A stretch of 64,000 bases of DNA from Eledone cirrhosa (GCA_964016885.1 OZ024740.1:59458001-59522000); one strand, 5' to 3'; counted from the first letter of the stretch, positions 49,390-62,660 are shown. Numbers and translations are program-made. The notes: generated by a model from the sequence alone, not told the origin.

Positions 49390-50038
49390 TCATCATCATC
49401 ATCATCATCACCCTTTTATGTCAATTCTTCCACGTTAGCATGGGTTAGACGGGTTGTCCTGTTGTGGGCAATGCCAGGTTAGGTGACCTTGTCTTGCTCA
49501 TACGGGAACTGATTTTGGCTTGATTTCTACAGTTGGATGCCCTTCCTAACACCAACCTCATTTACAGTGAGTGCTGGGTGCTTTTTTTCTGTGGCATCTA
49601 CACAACCACTTTATAGTGTGGGTTGGGTGCTTTTTTGTCATGACACCTCCACGACGACTTTGCAGTGGGAGGGGATGGGGGCATATTGTCTATATGTTTC
49701 AGCTTCAGCTTGTACCCATGGGAAGTCACGTCTTCTGTATTACTGCATGATGCCAGGGGTCACGGTCCTGTATCATCGCCTTTGAGAGGTGCAATTGGGC
49801 AAAGTCAGCTTTTATCACCTCATCCCAGGTCTTCTTGGGTCTCCCCACTCTATGGCTTCCATCGACTTTTAGTGTTCTGCACCTTTTTATGCAGCTGTCA
49901 TCCTTCATACGCATCACATGTCTATACCAATGCAACTTCCTCTCCTGCACACAGCATTTGATTCCTTTTATGCTCAGTCTTTCTCTCAATTCGTTTATGC
50001 TTTGCCATTTGCGTATATTACAATTACACATCCATCGG
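49390..50038 (-). mobile_element. RTE 3' fragment
   Basis: RWMCNCNIR..GRPKKTWDEV; (CAT)n tail. Confidence 0.9.
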
Positions 50039-50307
50039 AATATATATATACGATATATATATGATATATATATATGATGATGATGATGATATATATATAT
50101 ATATGTGTGTGTGTGTGTTGATAATAATATCAATAATATCAATAATATTAATAATAATAGAAGTCTGATGAGCTTTTGATTCCAGAGTCAGGCTTGATCG
50201 GTAGAGATTGAACCTTGAGCTGATGAATTACAAAACGTGCATCACACCTGTATAAACTTAATGAAAATTTGACACCTCATCCATATTTATTATTAATATT
50301 ACACTCT

Positions 50308-50500
50308 AGGGCGGTGGATTGGCAGTATCAGTAGAGAGTCGGACGCCATGCTTTTCAGCATAGTTACATCCCTTTACGGTCTGAGTTCAAATCCCGCCGA
50401 GGTTAACTTTGCCTTTCATCCTTACGGGGGTCGATAAAATAAAGTACCAGTAATGTACTGGGTAATTGCTGGCCTTGTGCCAAAAGTAGAAACAATTATT
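50308..50500 (+). mobile_element. Deu/Nin-like SINE, full length
   Basis: GGCGGTGGATTGGCAG..GAGTTCAAATCC..core; flanked by direct repeat TTATTAATATTACACTCT. Confidence 0.88.
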
Positions 50501-50596
50501 AATATTACACTCTGATTAGTACAACCCCAAAGTACATACTAGAGATTTGGATAGAGCGCTCACTTTGGTGAACCAACAGTAACTTGATGTTACAAT

Positions 50597-50651
<55 letters not shown>

Positions 50652-50657
50652 TATATA

Positions 50658-51232
50658 TCATCATCACCGTTTTACGTCCGTTCTTCCACGCTAGCATGGG
50701 TTAGATGGGTTGTCCTGTTGTAGGCAGTGTCTGGTCGGCTGACCATGCCTTGCTCATACAGGAACTGATTTGGCTTGATTTCTACAGCTGGATGCCCTTC
50801 CTAACACCAACCTCATTTACAGTGAGTGATGGGTGCTTTTTCGTGGCACCTACACATCCACTTTACAGTGTGGGCTGGGTGCTTTTTTGCCGTGGCACCT
50901 CCACGACCACCTTGCAGTGGGGGGTGTGGGGGCATATTGTCTATATGCTTCAGCTTGTACCCATGGGAGGTCGGGTACTCTGTATTACTGTGTGACGCCA
51001 GAGGTCACGGTCGTGTGTCATCGCCTTTGAGAGGTGTAATTGGGTAAGTTCGGCTTTTATCACCTCATCCCAGGTTATCTTGGGTCTCCCCACTCCGCGG
51101 TTTCCATCGACTTCTAGTGCTCTGCACCTATATATGCAGCTGTCATCCTTCATACGCATCACATGTCCATACCAGCGCAACTGCCTCTCCTGCACACAGC
51201 ATTTGATTCCTCTTATGCTCAGTCTCTCTCTC
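50658..51232 (-). mobile_element. RTE 3' fragment inside (TA)n
   Basis: Closely matches 62680-63262. Confidence 0.9.
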
Positions 51233-53095
51233 AATATATATATATATATATCAAAGATCATATTATAAAAATCTATACAGACAAATTACTTCAAACTACT
51301 TTCAATAAACTATATTAATATTATTTATGTTTATACCAATAATATGGGGATATTTGTATGGATAATTGCCAATATTACCTTAAATATTTCATAATAACTG
51401 CTTAGGTAAAAATATTTCATGGTAATATAACACTTTTAAACTTTCCCAGAGACTGACATCTACTTTAGAAGATATAAATTGAAACTGATCTGTTCATTAT
51501 ATTGGGTGGGGTGAAGAATAATATCCCTGCTATTAATTTGAGAATCATGTAACATTTTTTGACAAGACATTTTTAGAAACAGATTGGTCTCTTATGGCCC
51601 TGATGTATTTCCTTAGTAATTATCTGACAGGGAATAATGGACACTCAGCTAAAGTTATTACTGCTATGATATTAGAGTTAAAATGACTTTTACTTAATTT
51701 ACATCTTCTTCCAAGTATACAGTCCTTTATGTGGTCATTTGTTTCATTTCATTATAGAAAAGTATTAGTTCCAAATATTTCAGCTAGTTTTTTTTATCAA
51801 GAACACATTTGATGTCTAAAAGTTAAGTGCATTAATGTTTACTGAATAATACAGGGGATATTTAGTTTGCCCAATATAAGAAAAAATCCTTTAGAGTCTA
51901 ATTATTTATATTTTCATTGTCGATAATACCCAATATCCATAATGCAACAGAAACAAAAAAAAAATGGTGGGGTGTTGATAAAAATCAGTAGAGTGACAGA
52001 CAAACTGCTATAGGCATTTTTAGTTGTTTTGCTTACACTCTCAGCTCAAATCCCACTTTACATCCCTTTGGAAGTCAATACAATAAGTACCAGTCAAATA
52101 ATGGGGTTTGTTATAATTTTATTCAGCATAAAATACATCTTCTTAGAACTTATTATGTAACAAACTACCATATACATTGCATTCATGAAATGGTTAATAT
52201 AAAAGTTCCAAGAATTCCGTGTCAAATTGAAGAAAACTTTGAGATTGATTGAAGAAAATGAAAGCAAACAAAAAAAATAGTTCTGCTATTTACTAAATTT
52301 AATAATGTAAGGTCATATGTTATTGTCAGATTGAATTGCTTTGTGGTTTCATTGTCATGGTTGCTTTAATACCGGATGTACTATAGCTGCGCTCAAAATA
52401 TGACCTTTCATTATCTGACAACTATGATGGATAGGTCCATTGATATTTTTGATTGACACCAAAATAAAAAGTAGAGCTGTCATCTAAACACATCGCAATT
52501 CTTTCAAAACTTCCCAGCACATTTTTCTATTTTATCTTCAAACTTTAACTTTTCTTTCATTCTGACAGGTATATATAGTCCATATCATTACAGCATTTAT
52601 TTCTTATGGTACTTTGCAATTTCTTTTATTATAACAGACAACATCTACTAGTATTAAGCAATACTATTCTAATAAGATGCATTATGCAAAAGAGAAGGAG
52701 GTCTTGAAAATATCAAAACATGAGTCTATTTTTAGATAACAGCAAAGAAATATGTATTTTTATACATTACAAGCATTTAATATACAATTGCAGTATTTTT
52801 TGGTATTTCCTGAGAGAGAAATGAAATATGATCAATATTTTAAATCAGAGAGAAAAGAAAGAACAAGGAAATGTATAGGGGTGTGGTTAAAAAGTTCAGT
52901 CTGCAACCATAAGGTTCTGGGTTCAAATCCACTGCACAGCAAGTGTCTTCCCCATTGTGAATGGGGTTTCGGCAGAAACTATGCAGAAGAATGTATGTAT
53001 GTATGTATGTATGTATGTATGTATGTATGTATGTATGTATGTATGTATGTATGTATGTATGTATGTATGTATATATGTATGTATGTATGTATATG

Positions 53096-53616
53096 TTTTC
53101 TCTTTCTCTTAATTTCGAGTATATTTTTTTGACCGGCCACCTTCCTGGTGGCAAGGTTGTAAAAGAAAAGAAATTGTCATCCCTTGAATCGCAAGAATGT
53201 TTTGCATATTTTGAAGGTGCCAGCTATCGCAGCCATTTGTAGACTATGAATTAGGGAGCTGCGCTTTTTGTCCGCAAATCCAAGTTCGGTCATACTTTGG
53301 TCCAAGCGGGTTGGTATATAACCCGTAGCACCAATAATGATGGGTATGAAGCTAAAGGTGTATCTTGGATACTGGATTTGTAAGCTCCTCATCAATGGTC
53401 CGTAGATGTCCTCCTTCTCCTGTATTTTTCTGACAACGTTTACATCAAGTGGGCAGCTGATCTCCACAACAGAACACGTTTTCAATGTGTGGTCCCAAAC
53501 TACAATATCAGGCCGGTTGTGCTTTAATTTGGTGACAGTTTTTATTTTCAGGTTCCACCAGTATTCCTTAGTGCCATCTGTCTCAATATATTCTTCCTCG
53601 TTTGTTGTTAATTTTG
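53096..53616 (-). mobile_element. R4/Dong-like RLE retrotransposon 3' fragment, copy A
   Basis: YWWN..HNRPDIVVWD..VVEISCP restriction-like endonuclease; (TATG)n on both flanks. Confidence 0.88.
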
Positions 53617-53647
<31 letters not shown>

Positions 53648-53861
53648 TGTATGTATGTATGTATGTATGTATATATGTATATATATATGTATGTATGTAT
53701 ATATGTATGTATGTATGTATGTATATATGTATGTATGTATGTATGTAAGTATGGATGGATGGATGGATGTATGTATGTATGTATGTATGTATGGATGGAT
53801 GTATGTATGTATGTATGTATGTATGTATGTATGGGTGGATGTATGTATGTATGTGTGTATG

Positions 53862-54498
53862 TCTCTTTCTCTTAATTTCGAGTATTTTTTTTTTTTGACC
53901 GGCCACCCTCCTGGTGGCAAGGTTGTAAAAGAAAAGAAATTGTCATCCCTTGAATCGCAAGAATGTTTTGCAAATTTTGAAGGTGCCAGCTATCGCAGCC
54001 ATCTGTAGACTATGAATTAGGGAGCTGCGCTTTTTGTCCGCAAATCCAAGTTCAGTCATACTTTGGTCCAAGCGGGTTGGTATATAACCCGTAGCTCCAA
54101 TAATGATGGGTATGAAGCTAAAGGTGTATCTTGGATACTGGATTTGTAAACTCCTCATCAATGGTCCGTAGATGTCCTCCTTCTCCTGTATTTTTCTGAC
54201 AACGTTTACATCAAGTGGGCAGCTGATCTCCACAACAGAACACGTTTTCAATGTGTGGTCCCAAACAACAATATCAGACCGGTTGTGCTTTAATTTGGTG
54301 GCAGTTTTTATTTTCAGGTTCCACCAGTATTCCTTAGTGCCATCTGTCTCAATATATTCTTCCTCGTTTGTTGTTAATTTTGTTTTCCGAAGTGCGTTCC
54401 AGATGGTTCTAGCTATCCCATCGTGTCTCATGGGGAGGTAGTAGCGAGATGACATTCTTTCGCAGCTGGCAACAATGTGGCTTACATCCTCGATCTTT
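53862..54498 (-). mobile_element. R4/Dong-like 3' fragment, copy B
   Basis: Near-identical to copy A and extends to HIVASC..RHDGIAR; (TATG)n on both flanks. Confidence 0.88.
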
Positions 54499-54654
54499 GT
54501 ATGTATGTATGTATGTATGTATGTATGTATGTATGTATGTATGTATGTATGTATGTATGTATGTATGTGTACATATGTACATGTATGTATGTATGGATCT
54601 ATGTATCTATGTATGTATGTGTGTATGGATGTACATATGTACATGTATGTATGT

Positions 54655-57596
54655 TCTTCTGGTTTTATAATTTCACAAAGTTTTACCAATAGAGAGAGAG
54701 TCGGTTTCTAACATAGACACAAGACTCTCTCATTGGAATTTACACAACATCAACTAGGTAGATATGTATGTATGTCTGCATGCATGTGTAGATATGGATG
54801 TTATTGTATGTGTGGATGTGTATGTTTTGAGTTGTATGTGTGCATGTGTATACGCTTTGTATCTGTACATGTGTATATGCAGTTATTAGATGCAAAATTT
54901 TTGGAATGTTTTACATATTTTTACTGTTCCATTAATGGATTGTACTTGTAATTTCCTAACTAGTTGTGTTCTTTCTGTTCCTGTGAAGCCTAGCTTCTCA
55001 AGATTTGTATTGAGGCAGTTACTAACATATCCCAGTGCCCCAATAATCACAGACATAAATCTGAAGGTGTAATCAGGGTGGAGTATCTGCAGATTTCTCA
55101 TCAGTTCTGCATAAATATTCTCCTTTTCACTAATCTTTGATATTATATTGGCATCTGCTGGGCAGCTAATTTCCACTACTGTGCATGTTTTCTTCTCCCT
55201 GTCCCATATCATAATATCTGGTCTGTTATGCCTGCATTTTATGGGGGTTTTTACTGGAACATTCCACCAGTACTCTTTCATATTATGTACATGGATGTCT
55301 TCCACATTGTTGTAGCTTTTAATGTGTTTGTTATCGGGGCTATCTTTTTTACAAACTGCATTGTACAGTGTTTTGGCTACTACATCATGCCTCATAGGTA
55401 GATAGTACCGCGATGACATCTTTGGGCAGCTGCTGATGACATGGGTGATATCCTCGATGTTAGTTCTGCAGAGTCTGCACTTTTTATCACATCTAGGTGT
55501 TTTGCCTGCATCCCTATCTCTTTTGTGAATCAGGTATTTCGTGCTAATCTCCTGTTCTTGGATTGCAAAAGCGTATCCTTCAAAGTGGGAGCCAATATAG
55601 CGGTTGTTGGTCCAAGATAGACTACTTTCCTTATCTATATTACTCTCACTCTGGAGCTTCCTGGCAACATATCCATGCATGATTTTTTGCTGATAGGCAT
55701 GCAATTTTTCATCCATGGATTCACTGCGATACTGCTGAGCGACATCCCTGGGTGTGAGTTTTTGATTATCACACAGGGAATATCTCTCGAGGAGTTCCTT
55801 CCCAACTCTCATGATCTTATCATGCAGATAGACTTGCTCGAGAAGCGGGCTCCTACGCTTCGAGGTTCGTAGATGTTGTCGGAGAGATATAATGCGACAT
55901 TCAAATGTTGTCTAGACTGATGTTAGGCCTCTGCCTCCCTGCTTACGTTTCAAGTAAAGGCGGTCTATGTCACTGTTGATGTGGAAGTTTCCGGTGTTGT
56001 TCAGTATTTTTCGAGTTCCAACATCAATGCTCGGATTTCGTCTATCGTCCAATTGAGTATTCCAAACGTTGGTGTTAGGACAGGCACAGCAAACACATTG
56101 TGAGCCACTGTTTTGTTTTGCGCAGAGAGTTCCGATGACCAGATCTTTCTTAATCGGGTGTAGTATTCCCTGGTTACGCGTTCCTTATTACAGATACCAT
56201 TATAGGATATGTTCTCATCTATCCCCAGGTATCTGTAGCAGTCCTCATCAGATATCAGTGAAACAGTTAGACCATTGATGACAATGTTGCTAGATTGGAT
56301 TGTTGTTTTTCCCCGCTTTACAGTCATGTATGAGCATTTATCTTGGCCAAACTCCATTCCTATATCCTTTGAGAACGTTGTAACCAGGTCAAGATTTTTC
56401 TTCATCCCATCCATGTTCTTGGCATAGAGTTTCAGATCGTCCACAAAGAAGTTATGGGTTAGGTTCATATTTCTGTCCTCCTGTGAGCCAATGATGTATC
56501 CCTCACATTTCTTGAGCAGAAAGGACAAGGGGTTTAATGACAAGATGAACAATATCACAGAGAGACTGTCCCCCTGAAATATACCCCTGCAATATTTTAT
56601 TTTATCAGTGAAAATAGAGTCCTCCCTCTCTGTCTTTAACCCTAGGATAGTAGCCCAAGAAGAAGACAGCCTCTCTATGGCTCTGACAATAATGTCTGGG
56701 ACTTTAGCAAGTTGGAGGGCCTCTATCATCCAAGAGTGGGGAACAGAATCGAAAGCTTTCTTGTAGTCCAGCCAGACTGTAGTCATATTCCTCCTAAGTT
56801 GTCACACCTCCGACATGGCAGTTTTGTTGATTAGGAGTTGTTCAGCACATCCCCAAACCCTTTTCTTTCCAGCTGCTTGTTCATCTGTGATGATGTTATT
56901 ATTTTCACAGTGATCTTGGAGGAATAGGTTGAGGCACGCTGTATACATCTTATACATCAGGTTCTGGCATGCAATGGGTCGGTAGTTTTTTGCCAAGTGG
57001 GTGTCTTTGTTCTTGGGGACCAGTAACATTTGTGCTAATGTCAACCATTCTGGTATAAGTGTATCTCCCTTAAGAACTTGTTGGTAGAGGTCAGTAAGAT
57101 ACCTCCGATAGAATATTAGTTTTTTGTACCAGTAGCCGACAATCATGTCTCTTCCTGGTGTTTTCTTATCTTGGAGTTTTCCTATCACAGTCTCAAGGGT
57201 ACCCTCACTTATTTCGTATGTTTTTGTTGTAGTGTAGGAGCAATAGTTCTTTCGGATTTCTCTTAGCCACACTGCATCTTGGTTGAAATTCTTCTTTTCA
57301 CCCCATATTTTTCTCCAAAAGGAATCTATGTCTTTCTGGGATGGGGCCTCAGTGACACTTATTATTTTGTCCTTCATATCTCTATAGACTGATGTTTGGT
57401 TTCGTCTGAATCTTTTATTAAGCAATTTTCTCTCATCTACCTTCTTCAGGTATCGGCGTTTTTCGCTAACAGCTCTCAATTCTTGTTTGAGGGTGATCAG
57501 CTTATATTGGAGAGTTCTGGTTCTACTGTTACCAAACATCGTCTCTATTTTATTTTTCACTCTTTGTTGGTGAGGAGTGAGGTTTTTTTTTTTTTG
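54655..57596 (-). mobile_element. R4/Dong-like RLE retrotransposon, second family (RT + CCHC + RLE), 5' truncated, with stop and frameshift
   Basis: NYRPIAC, WLDYKKAFDSVPH, GIFQGDSLS, FFVDDLK, YRYLG; CRLC..HVISSC, RHD, RPDIMIWD..VEISCP; (TATG)n on both flanks. Confidence 0.92.
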
Positions 57597-57623
57597 TATG
57601 TATGTATGTATGTATGTATGTAT

Positions 57624-58625
57624 GAGATGACCCCTTAGCCTTTGTCAAGGCAGAATTCTAGGAGAAGGAAAACTCTGATATAACACCTGCAACCCTGATG
57701 GTATCCAATGATGTTGACTTGTTCTTCTTTTTGGTAAATATCATCTTGGTTAAGAGAGTGGGACTGGCTTTGTGCAGTGCCTTTGCTCACTATAAAAGCT
57801 TCATGGCACAGGCATTGCTTTATATCTGGATATCTCTCTGCACTTGTTATCACATGGTACCATGGGCCCAGCACTATGTGTCAATAATTGTCACAAGTGT
57901 AGTGTTTGTACCAGAGTTTTCAAGTCGCTGGCTGGACTAAAAAGTCACATTCGTTCAGCGCATCGGTAGGGGTTCTCCTACATGGATATAAAGTAGTGGC
58001 CGTACTCGAAAACGAGTTGGCAGCCACCATGTATGTATACGTCAGGTCACCAGTTGGTGCTACTGGTAACATGTATCCCAGTACAAACTGTCTCATGGTC
58101 GGGTTGTTGCCGACTAAACTGTCAACCCCACCAAGGTTTCTTGGTGAGGAGGGTAACTTTGGACATCCTGCAGGACTAAAAACAAAACTTGTCAAAGAGA
58201 AAAGGAGCTCTTAAGAGTCAATGGCCATCCAAAATCACCGGGAGAGATGACCCCTTAGCCTTTGTCAAGGCAGAATTCTAGGAGAAGGAAAACTCTGATA
58301 TAACACCTGCAACCCTGATGGTATCCAATGATGTTGACTTGTTCTTCTTTTTAGTAAATATCATCTTTGCGCAGTGCCTTTGCTCACTATAAAAGCTTCA
58401 CGGCACAGGCATTGCTTTATATCTGGAGATCTCTCTGCACTTGTCGTCAAATGGTACGATGGGCCCAGCACTATGTGTCAATAATTGTCACAAGTGTAGT
58501 GTTTGTACCAGAGTTTTCAAGTCGCTGGCTGGACTAAAAAGTCACACCCGTTCAGCGCATCGGTAGGGTTTCTCCTACATGGATATAAAGTAGTGGCGAT
58601 ACTCGAAAACGAGTTGGCAGCCACC
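57624..58625 (+). mobile_element. Two tandem family X elements (57624-58028 truncated; 58041-58625 full)
   Basis: Inverted homology to 32707-33312. Confidence 0.85.
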
Positions 58626-59543
58626 ATGTATGTATGTATGGATGTATGTATGTACATATGTACATGTATGTATGTATGTTTGTGTGTATGTGTTTTTATG
58701 TATGTATATGTGTATGTGTGTGTGTGTATGTTTGTATGTGTGTATGTGTGTGTATGTGTATAAATTTGTGAGTTTATAAGTATATATGTGTATATGTGTA
58801 TGTATGTATATATGTATGTATGTATATATTTGTATATATCTATGCATATGTATGTATATATATATGTATGTATCTATGTATGTATGCATGTATGTATTTG
58901 CATGTATGTATTTATGTGTGTATGTATGCATGTTATGTATATATAAGTATGTATACATGTATGTGTATTTGGGTATGTACAAATGTATGTATGTATGTGC
59001 GCAGGGACATAGAAATAATCAGGCTGGTTACCCGACCGTGCGGTTAAACCACTGGGAGTGAAGGACCCTTAGCCTTTGTCAGGGCATTCTCATAGGAGAA
59101 GGCAACTCAGGAAACTGGGATAACTCCGACATAAATCAGTAGTTACCGATGATGTTGATCGTTTCTTCTTTTCGGGTTATAGCTACTGTCGCTCAGAGAG
59201 TGGGATTGGCTCAGTGCAGAGTTTTTCCTCACTTTAAAAAAAATCTTCATGCACAGGCATTGCACAATAGAATTAATTAATAATTATTGATAATGTCATA
59301 TCGTGCAATGACCATACTCGATAACGAGGGGGCAGCCATCATGTATGTATGTAGGTATGTCGAGTCACTCTCGAGTGCTACTGGTAACATGTAACCCACT
59401 ACAACCTGTCGCATGGTCGGGTCGTCAGCTACTAAACTGGCAACCCCACCAATTTTACTTGGTAAGGAGGGTGATTTTGGACACCCTGCAGGACAAAAGA
59501 CAAAACCTGACAAAGGTCAGAAGAACTAATAAGAGTCAACAGC

Positions 59544-59719
59544 CATCATCATCGTTTTACGTCCGTTCTTCCACGCTAGCATGGGTTAGACGGGTTGTCC
59601 TGTTGTGAGCAGTGTCCAGTTGGCTGACCTTGTCTTGCTCATACAGGAACTGATTCTGGCTTGATTTCTACAGCTGGATGCCCTTCCTAACACCAACCTC
59701 ATTTACAGTGAGTGCTGGG
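59544..59719 (-). mobile_element. RTE 3' tail fused directly downstream of the 5S copy
   Basis: Same 3'UTR as 62680-62860; (GAT)n tail. Confidence 0.9.
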
Positions 59720-59724
59720 GAAGT

Positions 59725-59837
59725 AAATGCTTACGGCACCTAGGGTTCCCAAGCAGTCACCCATCTAAGTATTAACTAGGCTCGACATTGCTTAACTTCG
59801 GTGATTGGACGAGAACCGATGTTTTCAGCATGATATG
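59725..59837 (-). pseudogene. 5S rRNA retro-copy lacking about the first 10 nt
   Basis: Minus strand CATATCATGCTGAAAACATCGGTTCTCGTCCAATCACCGAAGTTAAGCAATGTCGAGCCTAGTTAATACTTAGATGGGTGACTGCTTGGGAACCCTAGGTGCCGTAAGCATTT matches metazoan 5S, including boxes A and C. Confidence 0.92.
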
Positions 59838-61082
59838 TAAATATGTATATACACATGTACATATGTATGTATATGTATATGTGTATATACATGGGTGCTT
59901 GTGTATGTATATGTGCGGGGACATAGAAATAGTCGGGCTGGACACCTGATCGCACGATTAAACCATTGGGAGTGAAGGACCCCTAGCCTTTCTCAGGGCA
60001 TTCTTCTAGAAGAAGGCAACTCAGGAAGCTGGGATAATTCCGATATAAAACCTGCGGCTCAGTAGTTACCGATAATGTTGATCTTTTCTTCTTTTCAGGT
60101 TATAGCTACTGTCACTCAGAGAGTGGGATTGGCTCAGTGCACAGTCTAGGCATTGCGCGATTAATAATTATTAATAATGGTATATCGTGCAATGGCCATA
60201 CTCGATAACGAGGGGGCAGCCATCATCATGTATGTATGGATGGATGGATAGCTCACCAATGTATATCATTTAAGGATCTAAACATTAACTGGAAATACTG
60301 AAAATTATATGTTATTCACAGGAAGTCTCCTGCAATATTTGTTCTGTAGCAAGATACTAACACTCCTTTGTCACTCTCACCTGAAATGCTGTGAACCACT
60401 GATTAGCCCATTATGGCTGCTTTGCAATAGTGATATAAATGTAAATAAAAAAAACTACTGCAGTTACCTTCCATTGAGATTTCTTGGCACTTTCTTATCT
60501 AACCATCATCATCCATATATACATCATTTGTCCATACCATACAGTCTTCACTATTGCACATTACATCTGATTTCTATTATATCCAGTTTTTCTCTTATCT
60601 CACTCATGCTTCAACATTCATGCAGATTAGCATTACATATCCATTGACAAATACTCATTTCATTTCTCTCTAGTTTTCATAGCCTGAAAAAGCTCATCCA
60701 ACATAAATCTATCTTTGAGTAAAACAAGACTGACAAAAAATGTATTCCAATAATAGTTAAAAAGCTTTTTGATGTAAAATTACAGAGCTGTCTTTTAGGA
60801 AAGCCTCTTAAATTCAAATGTTGTGTCACACAGTTAAATAGTTACTTGAGGCAGAAATAAATCTGTATTTTTTGAATTGCAGGCCAGACTTTTTTTCCAC
60901 AAAATGACAATAATGTTTTGTTTTATCTGACAATTTTTCCTGTATACTAGAATTTATCTTATCAACATATTTGTATTTGGAAGCTAAAATAATACTCTAT
61001 CACAATCAAATGTCATCTTAAAAATGTTTCTTTGAATGCTAGGGAAATTGTTTTGCTATGTTTGAAAGGATGATTTGTGATA

Positions 61083-61145
61083 TACTCTTTACTCTTTTAC
61101 CTGTTTCAGCCATCCGGCTGAGGCCATGCTGGGGCACCGCCCTTG
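61083..61145 (-). mobile_element. SINE 3' tail fragment
   Basis: Reverse complement CAAGGGCGGTGCCCCAGCATGGCC..GCTGAAACAGGTAAAAGAGTAAAGAGTA with terminal short repeats. Confidence 0.55.
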
Positions 61146-62069
61146 GATATGTAGATAAATTTGTCTGAACTTTGAAAGAAATAAGTTTCAAATTTTAAGT
61201 ACAGCTGTAGCAAGTTTCTGTTCACTAACTAGAATTTTTGAAAACATATAGGCTTCATGTGCACCAGGGTTACGCAACCCCTTCCCCGCAAGTGAAATTT
61301 GGACTGCATTCATTGACCAACCCTTGCTAGCTGGGAAAAACAGATAATATATGATAATGATGATGATGATTCAAATTCACAAAGAAAACAGTTTAAGCTA
61401 TAGTTTCTTATGAATGAATTTGTTAAATTATAGATATTCTTTTTCTCAGCACAGATGAATCCCTTTAGGTCCTTATTCATGTGCAATTTGACTCTGGTAC
61501 TAAAAACGATTAGACTTTTTTTTGCTCATCCCAAGCAAAGCAATAAAGCCACTAAAATGCAAAGGGTTATTGAAAAAGGAAAGAAGGGTAGGAAAGAGAG
61601 AACATGATTCAGGGAGAGAGATGACGATGATTTATGTTGTTTTTGAATTTTTGGTTGGTCTTACTTCGGAATCCAGCTGGATCATTTGGAGATAATTGAT
61701 TCTGGTGGAACATTCTTGAAGGCATGACTAAGGACTCTGCCTCAATGATGATGACGATGATAAGGAGGAAGAGGAGGAGGAGGAGGAGAAGAAGGGTAAT
61801 ATTTGAGTTTCATTCTTATTATTTATTTAAAGCACAGCACTGAGTACTCAGTGATTAAATTTACACTGGAAGGAGTGTTTGAGGAGTGTTTGAGGACTTT
61901 TCTCCCATAACCCTCCCAGTTATTTCTTGAAGGAGCACTAACCATATAGAGGTCCCTTTATTGACTTGATAATTTTAAATATATTTCTCTGTTATATATT
62001 TTATATTTCAAAGGTATATCAACATTAGAGAAACTAATCTTCCTGATCTCATTTTATTATTTTGTCATA

Positions 62070-62660
62070 GTTTACAGCCCTTTATGTTCTGAGTTCCAAT
62101 CCCACCAAGGTTAGCTTTGCTTTTCATCCTTGCAGGGTTGATAAAATAAAGTACCAGTGATGTACTAGTATCGATTTAATCAACTCTCCTTTTCTCCAAA
62201 AATTATTGGCTTTGTATCTCAATTAGAAACCATTATTTCAGTGGATTGGCAGTATCAGTAGAGAGTCGGATGCCATGCTTTGCACCAAAGAGTTACGGCC
62301 CTTTATGGTCTGAGTTCAAATGCCGCCGAGGTTAACTTTGCCTTTCATCCTTACGGGGTCGATAAAATAAAGTACCAGTAATGCACTGGTAAATTGCTGG
62401 CCTTGTGCCAAAAGTAGAAACAATTATTTCATCATAGTAAGGGCAGTGGATTGGCAGTATTGGTAGAGTGTCAGACAGCATGCTTTATGGCGTGTAGTTA
62501 TGGCTCTTTACATTCTCAGTTCAAATCTCACCGAGGTTAACTTTGCCTTTCATCCTTACGGTGTCGATAATTAAAGCACCAGTAATGCACTGGGATTGAT
62601 TTTATTGACTCCCCCTCTCCCAAAATTGTTGGCTTTGTACCTAAATCAGAAACCATTATT
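62070..62660 (+). mobile_element. Three head-to-tail Deu/Nin-like SINEs
   Basis: Core repeated at ~62110, ~62330 and ~62535. Confidence 0.85.

Larger units (their letters stand above)
58998..60224 (+). mobile_element. Two family Y elements (58998-59340 truncated; 59359-60224 interrupted)
   Basis: Inverted homology to 33444-34069. Confidence 0.85.

Noticed and set aside
50163-50245. Two CTGATGA motifs
   Set aside because: No properly placed GAAA or closing stems; at best a dead relic
59725-59837. Functional 5S rRNA gene
   Set aside because: 5' end missing, several substitutions, solitary and fused to a LINE tail
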